Shown here in pieces: positions 12,641 through 24,668 of a DNA stretch of 64,000 nt (position 1 is the first letter of the stretch; every line of letters starts with the position of its first letter). Source of the DNA: Gekko japonicus (Eukaryota); NCBI RefSeq assembly GCF_001447785.1, contig NW_015165238.1, positions 66,539 to 130,538 of the forward strand, read 5' to 3'. Below the pieces are notes generated by a model, which did not search any database, was not told the DNA's origin, and saw only the letters and a list, made by a program, of their open reading frames with translations. Made by a program: the position numbers and the translations under genes.

Positions 12641-13796
12641 ACTATCATTGTGTGCTTTGGCCCATGAATAAATGACAATTAATTGTCTTGCAGCTGTTAC
12701 TATACAAATATGGATATCAAGGAGTTGCAGAATTAACTGATTTCCCTGGAGCCTGAGCAGTCTAAACCCATTAATGAACCTACAGTTATCAATAAAAGGC
12801 CCCAGGACTATCTAGTACAAATAATGTTGCCAGATCATTTCTCTCCAGTTCTCTCTGACAAAATAATTTTTATGGTTTTGTCTTTCTTGTTGTGAAAAGG
12901 AATTTCAGAAATTTCATCCAAACTTTATGATGTAGATATTACAACTTTGTTTTCTCGCTTGAGACCAACATGGTTACCCACATGAATCCATTTTTTCCAA
13001 GAGATGTTTAGTTGATGTAATTAAGTGGAATACAAAGATTTCAATGGAATATTATTTCAAATAATATTTCTCATCCTTGGAAGAAAAACTGAACAGAAGA
13101 TATGACAGCAAACTTTCAATACCTTGTTTTACTTCCTTTTTTGGAACATCCCAGGATTCAGTATTTTATTCAACCAGCTCAAGGACTTCATTTCTGATCT
13201 GGCTGCAAACAACTGGCATTGAGCACCTGTGGGGTAATTCTCTGATCCGGTTTTAGATAAGATAGTAGATTTATTCTTGGTATTTTCTATTTTACTGTGT
13301 CATGGTATAGACATTATTGTTTGTTTGCTACCCATCAAAGGCCCTAGAAAAGGGGCAAGTTAAACAATAAGTAAATATATTTACTATCCTTAATGTTGTG
13401 TTTCCTTACCATTTATTTTGATACCCAGTTGTACGTGTCACATTTAAGATGATCTCTCTCCCATGTTTCAGACTACGTATGAATATTCAGTGCCAGCCCC
13501 CGGTCATGGGCTCAAGAGCAAAGAGTGGGATGTCACAGGATACTCACAGGCAAAAGATAATTAAATACAAGCCATTCACCATTGCCCACAGATTAGAGGA
13601 TCCTGATCAATGCAAAAAAACAAAGGTGAACATTAAAACTCTCCATTATTCCCTCTGCTAATCCATTTTGCTGATAGACTCACGAAGTTTGTGAAACCCT
13701 GATGTCTGTATTCCCATTTCCCCCCCCCTCCATTTCTTTCTCCTTTGGTGATTTATTATGCTTTGCAGATAGAACACATGTCCGTTTGGCAGGGAA

Positions 13797-14733
13797 ATGA
13801 ATTCAGAAAATCAGACATTGGTCACTGAATTCATAATTCTTGGCTTCCCAAATACACGTGAAATAGAGTTGGTGTTTTTCTCTCTCTTTCTTTTGATGTA
13901 CTTGCTGATGTTTGTTGAGAATATGATCATCATCCTGGTGATTCATCTGGACTATCGACTTTACACCCCTTATGTATTTTTTCATTGTTAACCTTTCTTC
14001 TTTGGACATTGGATTTACCACTGTCACCGTGCCTAAAATGCTGGCCAACATTGCAATGGAGAAACGAACAATATCCATCTCTGGCTGCTTTACCCAGCAA
14101 TACATCTTCTACTTCCTGGATTCAGCAGAATGCTTTTTGCTGGCATCCATGTCCTATGACCGATACCTGGCTATTTGCAATCCACTACACTACACTGCTT
14201 TGATGAATAAAGACATGTGTTCCCGGCTGGCCTTTGGCTCTTGGTTGGGTGGCTTCCTGGCTCCAGTATTGCCCTCATGGTTCCTTTTCCAGATGCCATT
14301 CTGTGGTCCAAACATTATCAACCATTTCTTCTGTGATGCTTCACCTCTTTTGAAGCTTTCTTGCAAGGACATCTTTGAGGCTGAAATAGTCAATTTCATT
14401 GTGGGTTCACTAGTGTTGCTAACCTCTTTCACCTTCACCCTTGTGACCTACTTCTTCATTGTAACCACCATCTTACGCATCCCTAGCAGTGAGGGAAGGA
14501 GGAAGGCATTTTCCACTTGCGGTCTACACCTTACCATTGTCACCATCTTCTTTGGCAGCACCATCTTCATGTACATCCGCATTAAGACAATCAGTATCTT
14601 CAACTTCAACAAAGTAGTATCAGTGTTCTACTGTGTTGTGACACCTGTCCTCAACCCCATCATCTACAGCCTGAGAAACAATGACATTAAGCAGGGAATG
14701 AAAAAGATGTTCCACGAGAAAGGACCTAAGTGA
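13797..14733 (+). pseudogene. Olfactory receptor (OR6/OR11-type) with a single +1 frameshift
   Basis: ORF from 13797 (MNSENQTLVTEFIILGF...RLYTP) joins ORF 13972-14733 (MYFF...MSYDRYLAICNPLHY...KAFSTCGLHL...PVLNPIIYSLRN) if the extra T at 13970/13971 is removed, restoring LYTPMYFF. Confidence 0.85.
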
Positions 14734-14809
14734 CAACGTAAAACTCTTGGAGCTAAAGAATTACAAGGTTTTTGGGTGTACTTACTATATGCAGCAATGC
14801 TTTAGATGA

Positions 14810-15000
14810 GTAGCAGTGTTTGTTTGCAGTACAAGCGCAAGGTTTGAGTGCAGTAGAACCTTAAAAATCAACAAGATTTCCAAGGTACAAGTTTTCAAGA
14901 GTCAAAACTTCCTTCATCAGATATGATGAAGGAAGCTTTGAGTCTCGAAACCTTGTACTTTGGAAATCTTGAAGGAGCTACTGAACTCTAACCTTGCTCT
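14810..15000. mobile_element. Penelope-type palindromic repeat with hammerhead-like motifs
   Basis: Inverted arms 14872-14971; CTGATGA..GAAA on the - strand (14914-14920); ATGATGA..GAAA on + (14923-14950). Confidence 0.6.
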
Positions 15001-15786
15001 CATATGTTGCAATATATCTGTTAATTACATAATTTGTATTACCATCACAACATTAAAATTAGGCCTACTGACATACAAATAGGTCTCTAGGACTTTAGAA
15101 AAGGATAAGATTATCTATAGAAGAGGTTACAAGAAAGGATGACCAGAACACACTATTACGGTTAAGTGGGACAGAATGGACTGAAAGGAGATAACATGGC
15201 TGCTCAAGGATGAAATGATGAGCGATTATGAGATCATGATCTCAATTAGTTTGAAGCACTTGCATGGGCTTTGGTAGAGCTGTAAAGATGGAAGGAGGTA
15301 CTAGAGGAAATGACTTAAGATTGTTCAAAAAGGGATGACTGAATAAAAGGGGATGGGACTGCTTTACCTTTGTACAGATTGGATGAAAAGTCACACATGT
15401 GTGACATGACATCCAAATCATCATGTGATGCAGAGGTGAAATCTAAGCCAGTATAGATGGTTGGGACTTCTGGTAAGAAGGTGGTGCCTTCTGTTCTCTG
15501 CTTCAAGTTCTCAGAAAAAACACACACACACCAGTACAAGTAAGAAATGTAAGTTACTTTTATTCATGATGCATGACCTTACATGCCATCACAGATCACA
15601 GGCATTCCCTATCACCTAAAATACACTACTTTTCAAAGGAGACTGTTCCTACATTTAGTTACAAGTGACATGTATCATGAATCTCTGTTTGTCTGTAAAA
15701 GGCAAACTGCTCAAGAAAGCAGCTCCAATTTAAATGAGTGTCATGCGGAGAAGGGAAAGGGGATATAATATTTAAATCCACACACA

Positions 15787-16316
15787 GGCCCCGGTCACAC
15801 GGGCAGGAAACTGCAGAGGAGAAGCGTGGCTGTTTGCCCTGGGGCAAACTACTGCGCAGTTACGCGATCAGACCTCCTGTGGAGGTCCTGTGGAGGTACC
15901 GTGGAGGTTCCATGGCAAGGGAGAGGTGCCGATCACAGGACAAGCCGGCGCGCGACGAAGAAGCGCGCGCCACGGCAAACTGTTTTTTATTTTTGTGTAC
16001 ATGACAAATGCGCATGCTCCGTTGGGTGCGCATGCACATCCACAGAGACTTGGACAAAAAAACACACCTTATTTGCGGGGGACATGGGCGGGCGCCGGAT
16101 GCCACCGGAAACCCGATCAGACGCTCGCCCTTGCCCCGCAGTTTCCGGAAACTAGTACCTCCAAGGTACTAGTTTTTTGCCACGCAGTTTCGGCTGGAAG
16201 CCTCGGTTGAGCCACGGGAGTGCTACGCTTCCCAGATGTGCTGGTGAGATCGCACCCGGAAACTCCGCCTGTTTTCCGTCTCACCTGTGTGGCTTCTGTT
16301 ACGTGTGACCGCAGCC
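15787..16316. mobile_element. PIF/Harbinger-type MITE
   Basis: TIR ggccccggtcacacg / cgtgtgaccgcagcc; 3-bp TSD aca; CpG-rich. Confidence 0.8.
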
Positions 16317-17384
16317 ACAGTTTTGCTAATCAAAACTGTACTATCCTCACTATTCTTAGTGGTTCAATGGGAAAAGGTGGGTTTTCAAATGACAAGTGGG
16401 GGGTGAAGGATTAAATCCCTTCCCACACTGCAAGGCCCTGAAATCAGGGCTACACACACACACACATACATAATTTGTGTTTTTACTAATGTATATAGGT
16501 CCATAGTCTTCACTTGCTTTTCTGCTCCAAGTAGTGGACAGGTGGGCATATACCAGCCCTATGCCTTCTCCTTTTTTCTTGTATGTTCCAATTGATATAG
16601 GGCAACCAAGGACAGATAAAACATGAAGGCTGTTGCTTCTTCTCATGCTTCATTACCAATATGCATATATCTCCCTACAGCAAGATGCATCACAGTGTCC
16701 CAATTCCCTCAGGGTTTACACAGAAACCCTAAAAAAAATTGTTCACCAACTGGAGTTTTAACTTTATTTATTGGTGTATTTTAACTATAGAGTATTTATG
16801 TTTTATCCATTGTTGTACATTGCTTGAAGCCCTGCAGTAGCATGGATGGGTGATTCAAAAACCAAATAAATAAATAAAATTAGAACAAGGAATCCACTAA
16901 AATGCATGGAAAGGCTTGTTTCTGCTCTGAAATTTCATGAGATGAGGAATCGACCCATCATCCCTACCTGCAAAGTGTGAACTGGTACATATTCTGAAAA
17001 CCAAGACTTTGCTCTGTTCATCTACAACAAAATTATGTAAAAAATAAATCTACCCTACAACTTAAATTCTCAAACTTTCATTTATTATATAGCTATGTTT
17101 GCCAGATGTGTACTAAGCCTTGAGGTTCATGGTACAGGTCTGGATCACATTTAATAGTAGTATGATAGTACTTTCACACTCCCCCTAGGAATGTTATCAC
17201 ATGGTATCAATAAATGTGTGTAGTCATAATTATGTGTATTTGAAGAGATGGACTATTTATCTCATAAGAAAGAAACTACATCATGAAATTTAAAATGTAG
17301 TGGCACTATTAGTGCCAGATTATTGGTTTATCACCAACCTACATGTGCAATAGTCACCACAAGTATAGATATCTTTCAAGTTTT

Positions 17385-18490
17385 TGAACAAGTCATCAAA
17401 TGTCGACCTACATGTTTTCATTTCCCTCATGCTTTCCTTTCCTTGCTCTTTTCTATTCAATATAAGACCCAGAATGGTGACCTGTCTTATTCAGCAAGCT
17501 GCTTTGGGTATCAGCTTTGCTTTTGTAGTGTCATGTGTGCTGGCCAAAACCATCACAGTTGTTCTGGCTTTCATGGACACCATGCCAGGCAGCCAAGAAG
17601 AAAATGGATGGGAAAGACACTATCAAATGTCATTGACTGATTTCGCACTAGAGCTGCCTTGCTGTTGCGCTGCCATTTGCCCCGGTCCTATTGGTCAATT
17701 TCACACCCGAAGTCGCGCGGCTGATTTTGACCCACGGCTATGCCCGATTTCCTCCGCATTTTCGTTGATCCTAAAAAAACAGGATCACAAAACTGCGGGG
17801 GAAATTGGGGGAAGCCACGGGTCAAAATCAGCTGTGCGGCTTCGGGTGTGAAATTGACCAATAGGACCGGGGCAAATGGCAGTGCAACAGCGAGAGGCAG
17901 CTCTAGTGCGTTATCACTCATTGTCTTTTTCTGCACTTGCATTCAAGTGGGTATCTCTGCTGTTTGACTGGGAACGTTTTGCCATTTCCATCATACAGTA
18001 TAATGAAGGGTGGGTCCCCATGTTTAGCACTCTCCTGTCCTTCATGGGCTTTTTGGGTCTCATTCACTCATTCACTCATTCACTCAGTCAGTCATATTTA
18101 CCACCCACCCTTCCCATGAGTGGGCTCAGGGTTGGTAACAAAATGTTATCAATACAAAGCAACATTTCATTAATAGAATAAATAATTAAAATATTAAAAA
18201 CTATTACATATATTAAAATGGTGGTCACAGTCTTACAGTAAAGATTTTTAATGGTTGTGAGAGGTTCTGGCCTATAATGATATATATATATATATAAAGG
18301 CTAGTAGTTGTTAAAATGGGTGGCAAAAACTTTCCAGCCTATCTCAGCACAAAGGGCAAATACATGGTGGCCATGGAGGTTTTATCTAGGCTCCAGTGTT
18401 GGGTTACTGGGTTTTATCTTTTCCCCCAAATGTGATATTATTCTGAGAGCCAGCTTGAACACCAAGGAACATTTATGAAGGAAAATGAAA
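17385..18490 (+). pseudogene. Vomeronasal type-2 receptor (V2R, class C GPCR) 7TM-exon remnant, interrupted by a MITE and a LINE tail
   Basis: Translated pieces: [44 protein letters not shown]; [11 protein letters not shown]|IVFFCTCIQVGISAV*; IIQYNEGWVPMFSTLLSFMGFLGLI; PAYLSTKGKYMVAMEV (~18334-18381); GLLGFIFSPKCDIILR. These are V2R 7TM signatures. Contains stops and frameshifts. Confidence 0.88.
17635..17919. mobile_element. Fully palindromic MITE (Harbinger-like) inserted in the V2R remnant
   Basis: ~140-bp inverted arms around the loop at 17773-17780; att duplicated on both sides; removal restores AAT GTC ATT GTC TTT TTC TGC. Confidence 0.9.
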
Positions 18491-19049
18491 TGCTGGAGGT
18501 GATCTTTCAGTTGCTTTCAATTATTCACTGGTGTCACTAAATGGAGGCCAGCAGTGTTGATATTCTATGTATCCAATGTACTTTCTTGTAAATACGTTTC
18601 ATGTATATGTCTCAGACAAAAAGTATGTATTGAACCATGACAAAGAGAAGTGACTTCACATTAACTGGGGGGAAGGAGGGAAGAGGAGGAAGGGAGGAGA
18701 AACACACATGCTACAACTGAGTTGGGATGAAACAAGCCACAACAGCATTGGTGTGGCATAGGGTGCATCCAGGGATCAGGTGACCTACGTGCCATCCAAT
18801 GAAGCCCATCCCCATACTGCATGATAGGAGTAGACCTGGAATGGCAAGACCAGTAGTCCAAAATGGGCGTAACCCAGTGCAAGATACCATTACCACCTGT
18901 GGGTAAGACAGGTGACAGCCCCCAAGCTGACCATAATGGTACCTGGCTCCACCCCCAAGACCTCTTAAGGGGTCCCCACCTGAGAGAGGCATGCATGGAT
19001 CTGGCCCAATGTCTAAAGTCACCCAAATAAAGAAATAATTAAAAATACA

Positions 19050-19676
19050 ACCATGCTATGCAGCCAGAAAAGTGAGGGAAGGAGGGATGGCCAAAGCCAA
19101 AACTGAGATGGCCTGGCAGCCATGTGGCCTTAAAAGAGGGAGGGGTGGTGCCAGGCCAGCAAAGTCTCTAAAACCCTGCTTTCTGTTTCCCCTCAAAGCC
19201 TCAAAAACAGTTGAAGTTAAAGGGGCTGCAGAAGGCAGCCCGAAACTGCTAATGGATGGGGAGGTGCTCCCCGCCCATGAGCTGTTTCATGCTGTCTTCT
19301 TCAGTCCCTTTAAAGTTTAAAGGTTGTTCCCAGCCATGCAGCTCTTTTTGCAGTGTCTTCTGCAGTCCCTTTAAACTTCAGAAGACAGCCCCAAATAGCT
19401 ATGTGGCAGGGAGGCACTCCCCACTGCACAGTTTTTTCATGCTGTCTTCTGCAGTCCCTTTAAAGTAAAGAGACTGCAGAAGACATCCCAAAACAGCTTA
19501 TGTTTTTTGGGCTTTCTGCAAATCCCATTGAAAAGGACTGTGGTCCCTTTCAATGGGGTTTGCAGGGCCACAAACCAAACAAACTAGTTCTGTTCATGAA
19601 TGGGAAGTCTGGTTTGTGGTTTGGTTCATGGCGAGCTGAACTTAACCTCATTTTCACAGTTTGTGCTCATCCCTAC
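19050..19676. mobile_element. Old DNA-transposon remnant with internal repeats
   Basis: gtcttctgcagtccctttaaa-like motif three times (~19295, ~19355, ~19444) and once inverted; ends in gtgctcatcccta. Confidence 0.45.
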
Positions 19677-20519
19677 ACTACACATTATATGAGTTTATTG
19701 GGTATGTTAACATTGCTTTTTGCAATAAAAAGTAGCACAAGGAGGAGTGTTTGGGTTAGAAACATGACACCAGTGATGTAGTGGGGCTCCTTCCACACCA
19801 CTTCTCTTAGAGAAAGTCTCTGCCCATCATTATTCTCAACCTTGATGAGAGGACAGTACAAGTATCAATTCAGGATACTTTTTGGGTATTATTGAGGACA
19901 GTGTAGAGAGAAACCTTTCCTCTCTCTACAGTATGATCCCAATCCAAATCATGTCCCCAGTTGTATTTCACAGTTAGTCAATGTTGAGATATCCAATTAC
20001 ACATTGGTAAACAGAGAACTATCCAGTAACACATCTTGGATCTAACATGTAATCATGCCCTTACTCTCAGCAATGTCAGTTTGTGACCCTCCTTGTTTGT
20101 TTGTTTTTTCCAGAGAGGAGAGTCATGGAATGGTGTTTCATCAGAAATTCACTGTAGATTACAATGTTATTATGCTTAAGCAGCACTGCCTTGTGTGACT
20201 GCTTAGTTACAAAAATATAAGATTGTACCTACTTACAAGTAAAAGTTTTGAGGATAATGAAGTAACACAATGAGATTAATTACTGTTGTGCTGCCTTTCT
20301 CCCATGTGTGCATTGTTATCATGCTCTGGGCCATTTTTCAAGGATAAGTTTTGAAGAGATATTATTGTTAACAATACCTGGGAGGAAAATATTCCTTTTA
20401 ATATACAAATGTGGCAAAACCCTGGCTTCAAATTCATTTTAGAACTGATCCTGAAAGCCTTCTTGATTATCTAAAAAGAGATCTCTATACCTCAAGTTGG
20501 TCAGTGGCTCTTAACATCC

Positions 20520-21060
20520 AAACTCAACCGATTTGGGATAGTAGTTGATTACTTTTCTACATCTAATATGTCATATATTTTTAGTTGTATTAAACAGGGA
20601 CTGTTAGACTGGGAGAAGCTTTCCAGCCTCATTGGGTCTTGATATTTGCTGCGATAAGATGCCCCAATATTTATCAGACTCTGATACCACCGTAGGGCAT
20701 TTGTGCTGGGCAGATTAAATGCATTCCCCTCTAAAGTCTTACAGGGGAGATATCATTGAGTAACCCTGAAAGACTCTGCTCCTGTGGAGTGAATACCCCC
20801 GACTCAATTCAGCATATATTGCTCCACTGTTCTTGGTATGACGATCTTTCTGTCAGCATTTGTTGAAGGGGAGGGTATAACTGTCCACAGGAAGGAATAA
20901 GTCCCTGACTCTCATCATATTTTTTTTGGTAACTATACATTTTACTTTCTCTGTTCATCTTTTCTTGCCATGATTATGACATTTGAAGATTTATCTAACT
21001 TATAAGTGGTCTAACAAGGAAGAGATTACTCCGAATTCTATGATCCTGAGATGGGAAGAT
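20520..21060 (+). mobile_element. Non-LTR retrotransposon ORF2 C-terminal fragment (CCHC region)
   Basis: Translates as RRAFVLGRLNAFPSKVLQGRY..RLCSCG..SIQHILLHCSWY. Confidence 0.6.
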
Positions 21061-21319
21061 AAGATTTGTTATGTAATATTCCAAAGTAATATCTCAGATG
21101 TATAACAAACCTTTCACATGTGTGGTTACTCCCCTTCCCTTCTCAAAGGGAAGTTTTTTGTTACTTAGGAAGGATAAAGAATCTGGCAAGGAGGGCTGAG
21201 GAGGAATGGTTTGGAGATGATCAGCATTTCAAGTTGAGCCCAGATCTGAGGAGATTTGGACCTGATTCAAGGGCTTTACAAATAGAGGGGATTACATTAA
21301 CAGCCCTCCAAAAGTATGT

Positions 21320-23532
21320 GTTGTTGTTGTTCAGTTGCACAGTTGAGACCGACTCTTTGTGACCCCATGGACCACATCATACCAGGCCCTCCTGCCTTCC
21401 ATCGTGCTCCAAGGGTTGCATAATTTCATGTTCATTGCATCGATAACACTGTCTAGCCATCTCATCCTTTGCCATCCCCTTCTTCTTTGACCTTCAATCT
21501 TTCCCAGCATCAGGGCCTTCTCCAGTGAGTGCTCCTTTCTCATTTGGTGGCCAAAATATTTGAGCTTCATCTTCATTATCTGGCCTTCCAGGGAACGGTC
21601 AGGGTTGATTTCTTTTAGGATTGACTGATTTGATCTCCTTGCAGTCCAAGGGACTCTCAAGAGTCTTCTCCAGCACCATAATTCAAAATAATCTATTCTT
21701 CAGTGCTCGTCCTTCCGTATGGTCCAACTCTCACAGACATCAAGGCCGGCAATCCCATATAGGTGAACTAGGCAAATGCCTAGAGCACCAGGCTTTAGTT
21801 GAATGCTGGCCTGTGAGTGACAACAGGTCCCACACCCTCACCCCCCACTCCCTCCTCCCTGCCCCAAAACTTGGTGGTGTTGCCACTACTGCACAGGGAT
21901 CCCCAAAGTGGAGCGGGCAGGGCTGAGCAGCGTGTTCATCCCCAGGCACTGGAGCTAGACCAGGAAAGCTGTGGAGAGTTCCAGCCCGGCAGGGAATTTG
22001 CGTCGTGCCATCCACTGGTCCCTGTTGCTGCTGCCCACTCTCTTTCTCTCCCCTCCCTCGTCAGGCACCAGGGCTGCTCTCACTGGAGTCGGACTCCCTC
22101 GCCTTTCCTGCCAGCTGGCCAGGAGGTGCCTCCTGCTGCATGCGCCCCTCCCCTGGTGGGTCTCTGGTGGCAGGACTCACCCAGCCCCTGCAACCCAGCA
22201 GGCCCTGCTGGGGAGATGCAGGCGGGTGGACTGGCTGACTCTCCCAGGGTCCGGAACCACTGGTGAAGTGGCTGGGTGAGGGGGCTGGGCAGCCCCGTGG
22301 AGGGGAGGCCATCTGTCCGGCTGCTTGCCTGGCCCGGCCTCCTGTGGCTGGTCCAGCTCTTGGTGGGCAGGCTGCTGGGCTGGGCATGCTCCCTGCTCTT
22401 GCTCTCTCTCCCGCTGCTAGCCCCACTCCAATTGTGCCATCGCCATTCTACCCCCATGATAGGCTGTGCAGACAGGTGAGTGGGGCAGTTGGGAGGGAGT
22501 CACTTGGAGCCAGTCCTCAGTTGGTGGGGCCTGAGTGAAGCCAGAGCAGTATGGGACAGTTGTGAAGGCAGGAGAAGGGGGAGCAGCACTGCCCCAGTGG
22601 GAAAGCAGAGGCATCGGCATGACCCCCCCTTCAGGACAAGGGCTGTGCAGCTACAGAAGGGGCCTCCTGTCCTAAAGAAGTGCTGGGCAGTTGGAGAAGC
22701 CCTGAGGGGCCAGAAAAACCAGCCATCCTGCTGGACCTCTGGAGCAAAGGAATCTGGGGACATATCCATGCCTTCTTTATTTAGAAACCTTCTGTATATG
22801 CTGTCTCTCCAGTTTCCTGCTCCAGGTGCAAACAGTAAAATAATCCATTCTCAACTTGCACATCTTGTATCTGTGGTGGATGGCAAGTCTACGACATCCC
22901 CTTTCCCCCAGGGAGGGACACAGTCAACAGCATCAGCACCATATAAACAAACAAACAAAACAAAACACTAGCCCCAACAGGTTTTCCCACCACATCCCAA
23001 GGGAACTTTGATCCCCAGTCCCAGCATATAGTAATCCGCACACACTGTACAGCCTGAAAGGTGCCCCCCCGCCGCCCATGGTACTGTGGGGAGGAAAACA
23101 GCACTCCACAAGTGTTTTTCTGCTTGAGAGAGAAAATCAGAGATTATATTAATTGTTCTCACAATAATAATAAAAAAAAATTAGCAATTTCAAATTTTGT
23201 TTTTTTATTCTTCCTAATGTGTTTATGTTTGAAAATTGGTGGGTGCACGGGGTTTGTGTGCAGAAGGTAGCCTCACCTAGTGTGCAAAAAAACCTGGCAC
23301 TGGCCATACATTACAATACCATCGCTTTGACCCTATGGACTTTTGTTGGCAGGGTGATGTCTCTACTTTTTATTATGCTGTCTAGGTTTGCCATCGCTTT
23401 CCTCCCAAGGAGCAGGCGTCTTTTAATTTCATGGCTGCAGTCACCATCTGCAGTGATCTTGGATCCCGGGAATGTGAAGTCTGTCACTGCTTCCCTGACT
23501 TCCCCTTCTATTTGCCAAGGATTGATGGGGCC
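21320..23532 (-). mobile_element. BovB (RTE-clade) LINE, 5'-truncated, split by a nested insertion
   Basis: RTE ORF pieces KITADGDCSHEIKRRLLLGRKAMANLDSIIKSRDITLPTKV and RVPWTARRSNQSILKEINP..KLKYFGH..LMLGKIEG..RWLD; (CAA)n tail; candidate TSD aaagtatgt / aaagtacgt. Confidence 0.92.
21741..23302. mobile_element. GC-rich non-autonomous DNA transposon (hAT-like) nested in BovB
   Basis: Interrupts BovB between ctctcacag and ccatacattac; imperfect TIR caaggccggc / cctggcactg. Confidence 0.6.
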
Positions 23533-23699
23533 AAAGTACGTATCACCAATCTTATCTAGTATCACAGAGCAATAACTGATGTTTATTTCTAGTATACCAA
23601 CTTCTTGTCTTCCTGTAATATTGATCATAATGAAATTTGTAGTTCTTCCTCCAATGACTGCATGGTTTTGCAGAGAATCTGACAAAGATCTTTTGATCA

Positions 23700-24668
23700 C
23701 TATTTTTCAGTGAAGAAGGGGCCTCTTGTCCTAAAGAGGCCGTCTGGCTTTCTACACAGGATCTTTTGTAAGGCCTTTTTAACCTCCTGATTCCTCAGTG
23801 TGTATATAAGTGGGTTCAAAACTGGGGTAACCGCACTATATATGATAGTTACCATCATTTCCCTTTGATCCACAGTGCCCACAGAGGGAAGCATGTAGTT
23901 GAACAACACCGGTACGTAGAGCAAAGCCACCACCATCAGGTGGGACCCACAGGTGGAGAAGGCCTTTTGTCGCCCCTTTTGTGAATGAACTTTGAAAAGG
24001 AGGAAAGTAATAATGTAGAAATAGGAGAGCAGTGTGACAACAAAGGGGGCCATGGCAATGCAGCTGGTGACAGTGTTGAGAAGCATGAGATTGAGACGAG
24101 TGCTGCCACAGGCCAGTTTCAGCAGTGGTTTGATTTCACAGAAGTAGTGCTCAACGTGGTTCGGTCCACAGAAGGGAAGACGAGCAGTCATCACTGTATG
24201 CATCAGGGCATGAAAAAAACCAGTGGTCCACGTGGCTGTGGCCAAGATCAGACAGATCTGCTTTCGCATAATGATGGTGTAACGCAACGGGTTGCATATA
24301 GCAACGTAGCGGTCATATGCCATGACTCCAAGAAGGAGGACCTCGCTGCTGCCCAAGAAGTGGAAAAAGTGGAGCTGAGTCATGCAACCACTAAAGGAAA
24401 TGGTTTGCAGCTCTGATAGAAAGCCAGCTAGCATCTTTGGAACTGTTACGGTGGAAAAGAATATATCCAGGCAGGAAAGATTCCCAAGGAAAAAATACAT
24501 AGGAGTGTGTAGTTGTGGTTCAGTTACTGCTACAGCCACAATGGCACCATTCCCCAGTAGAATGATTAAGTACAACAGCAGAAAGAGAGGGAAGAGTATC
24601 TTCTGAAGCTCCCAGAGGTTGGTCAGGCCTATCAAGATGAACTCACCCACCTCTGTTTGGTTCTCCAT
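23700..24668 (-). CDS. Olfactory receptor, OR12D-like (intact, 322 aa)
   Basis: [75 protein letters not shown]. The HFFHFLGS and IKPLLKLAC motifs typify OR12D. Confidence 0.95.
   Translation of the reverse strand: MENQTEVGEFILIGLTNLWELQKILFPLFLLLYLIILLGNGAIVAVAVTEPQLHTPMYFFLGNLSCLDIFFSTVTVPKMLAGFLSELQTISFSGCMTQLHFFHFLGSSEVLLLGVMAYDRYVAICNPLRYTIIMRKQICLILATATWTTGFFHALMHTVMTARLPFCGPNHVEHYFCEIKPLLKLACGSTRLNLMLLNTVTSCIAMAPFVVTLLSYFYIITFLLFKVHSQKGRQKAFSTCGSHLMVVALLYVPVLFNYMLPSVGTVDQREMMVTIIYSAVTPVLNPLIYTLRNQEVKKALQKILCRKPDGLFRTRGPFFTEK

Noticed and set aside
15738-16414. CpG-island promoter or coding exons (also 39438-40156, 8181-8509)
   Set aside because: CpG-rich stretches coincide exactly with TIR-bounded MITEs.
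17384-17851. Intact 155-aa membrane protein
   Set aside because: A V2R pseudogene fragment that frameshifts and reads into a MITE.
21740-22971. Cluster of overlapping 90-160 aa ORFs
   Set aside because: Expected in GC-rich DNA with few stop codons; no recognisable domain; lies inside an element nested in BovB.
23311-23700. 129-aa ORF abutting the OR stop, suggesting an OR-BovB fusion
   Set aside because: The OR terminates at TAG, and the ORF is unique sequence running into a truncated BovB fragment; no sign of function.
23985-24416. Antisense ORFs over OR genes (also 48834-49319, 13803-14105 and others)
   Set aside because: Shadow ORFs produced by OR codon composition; no independent evidence.
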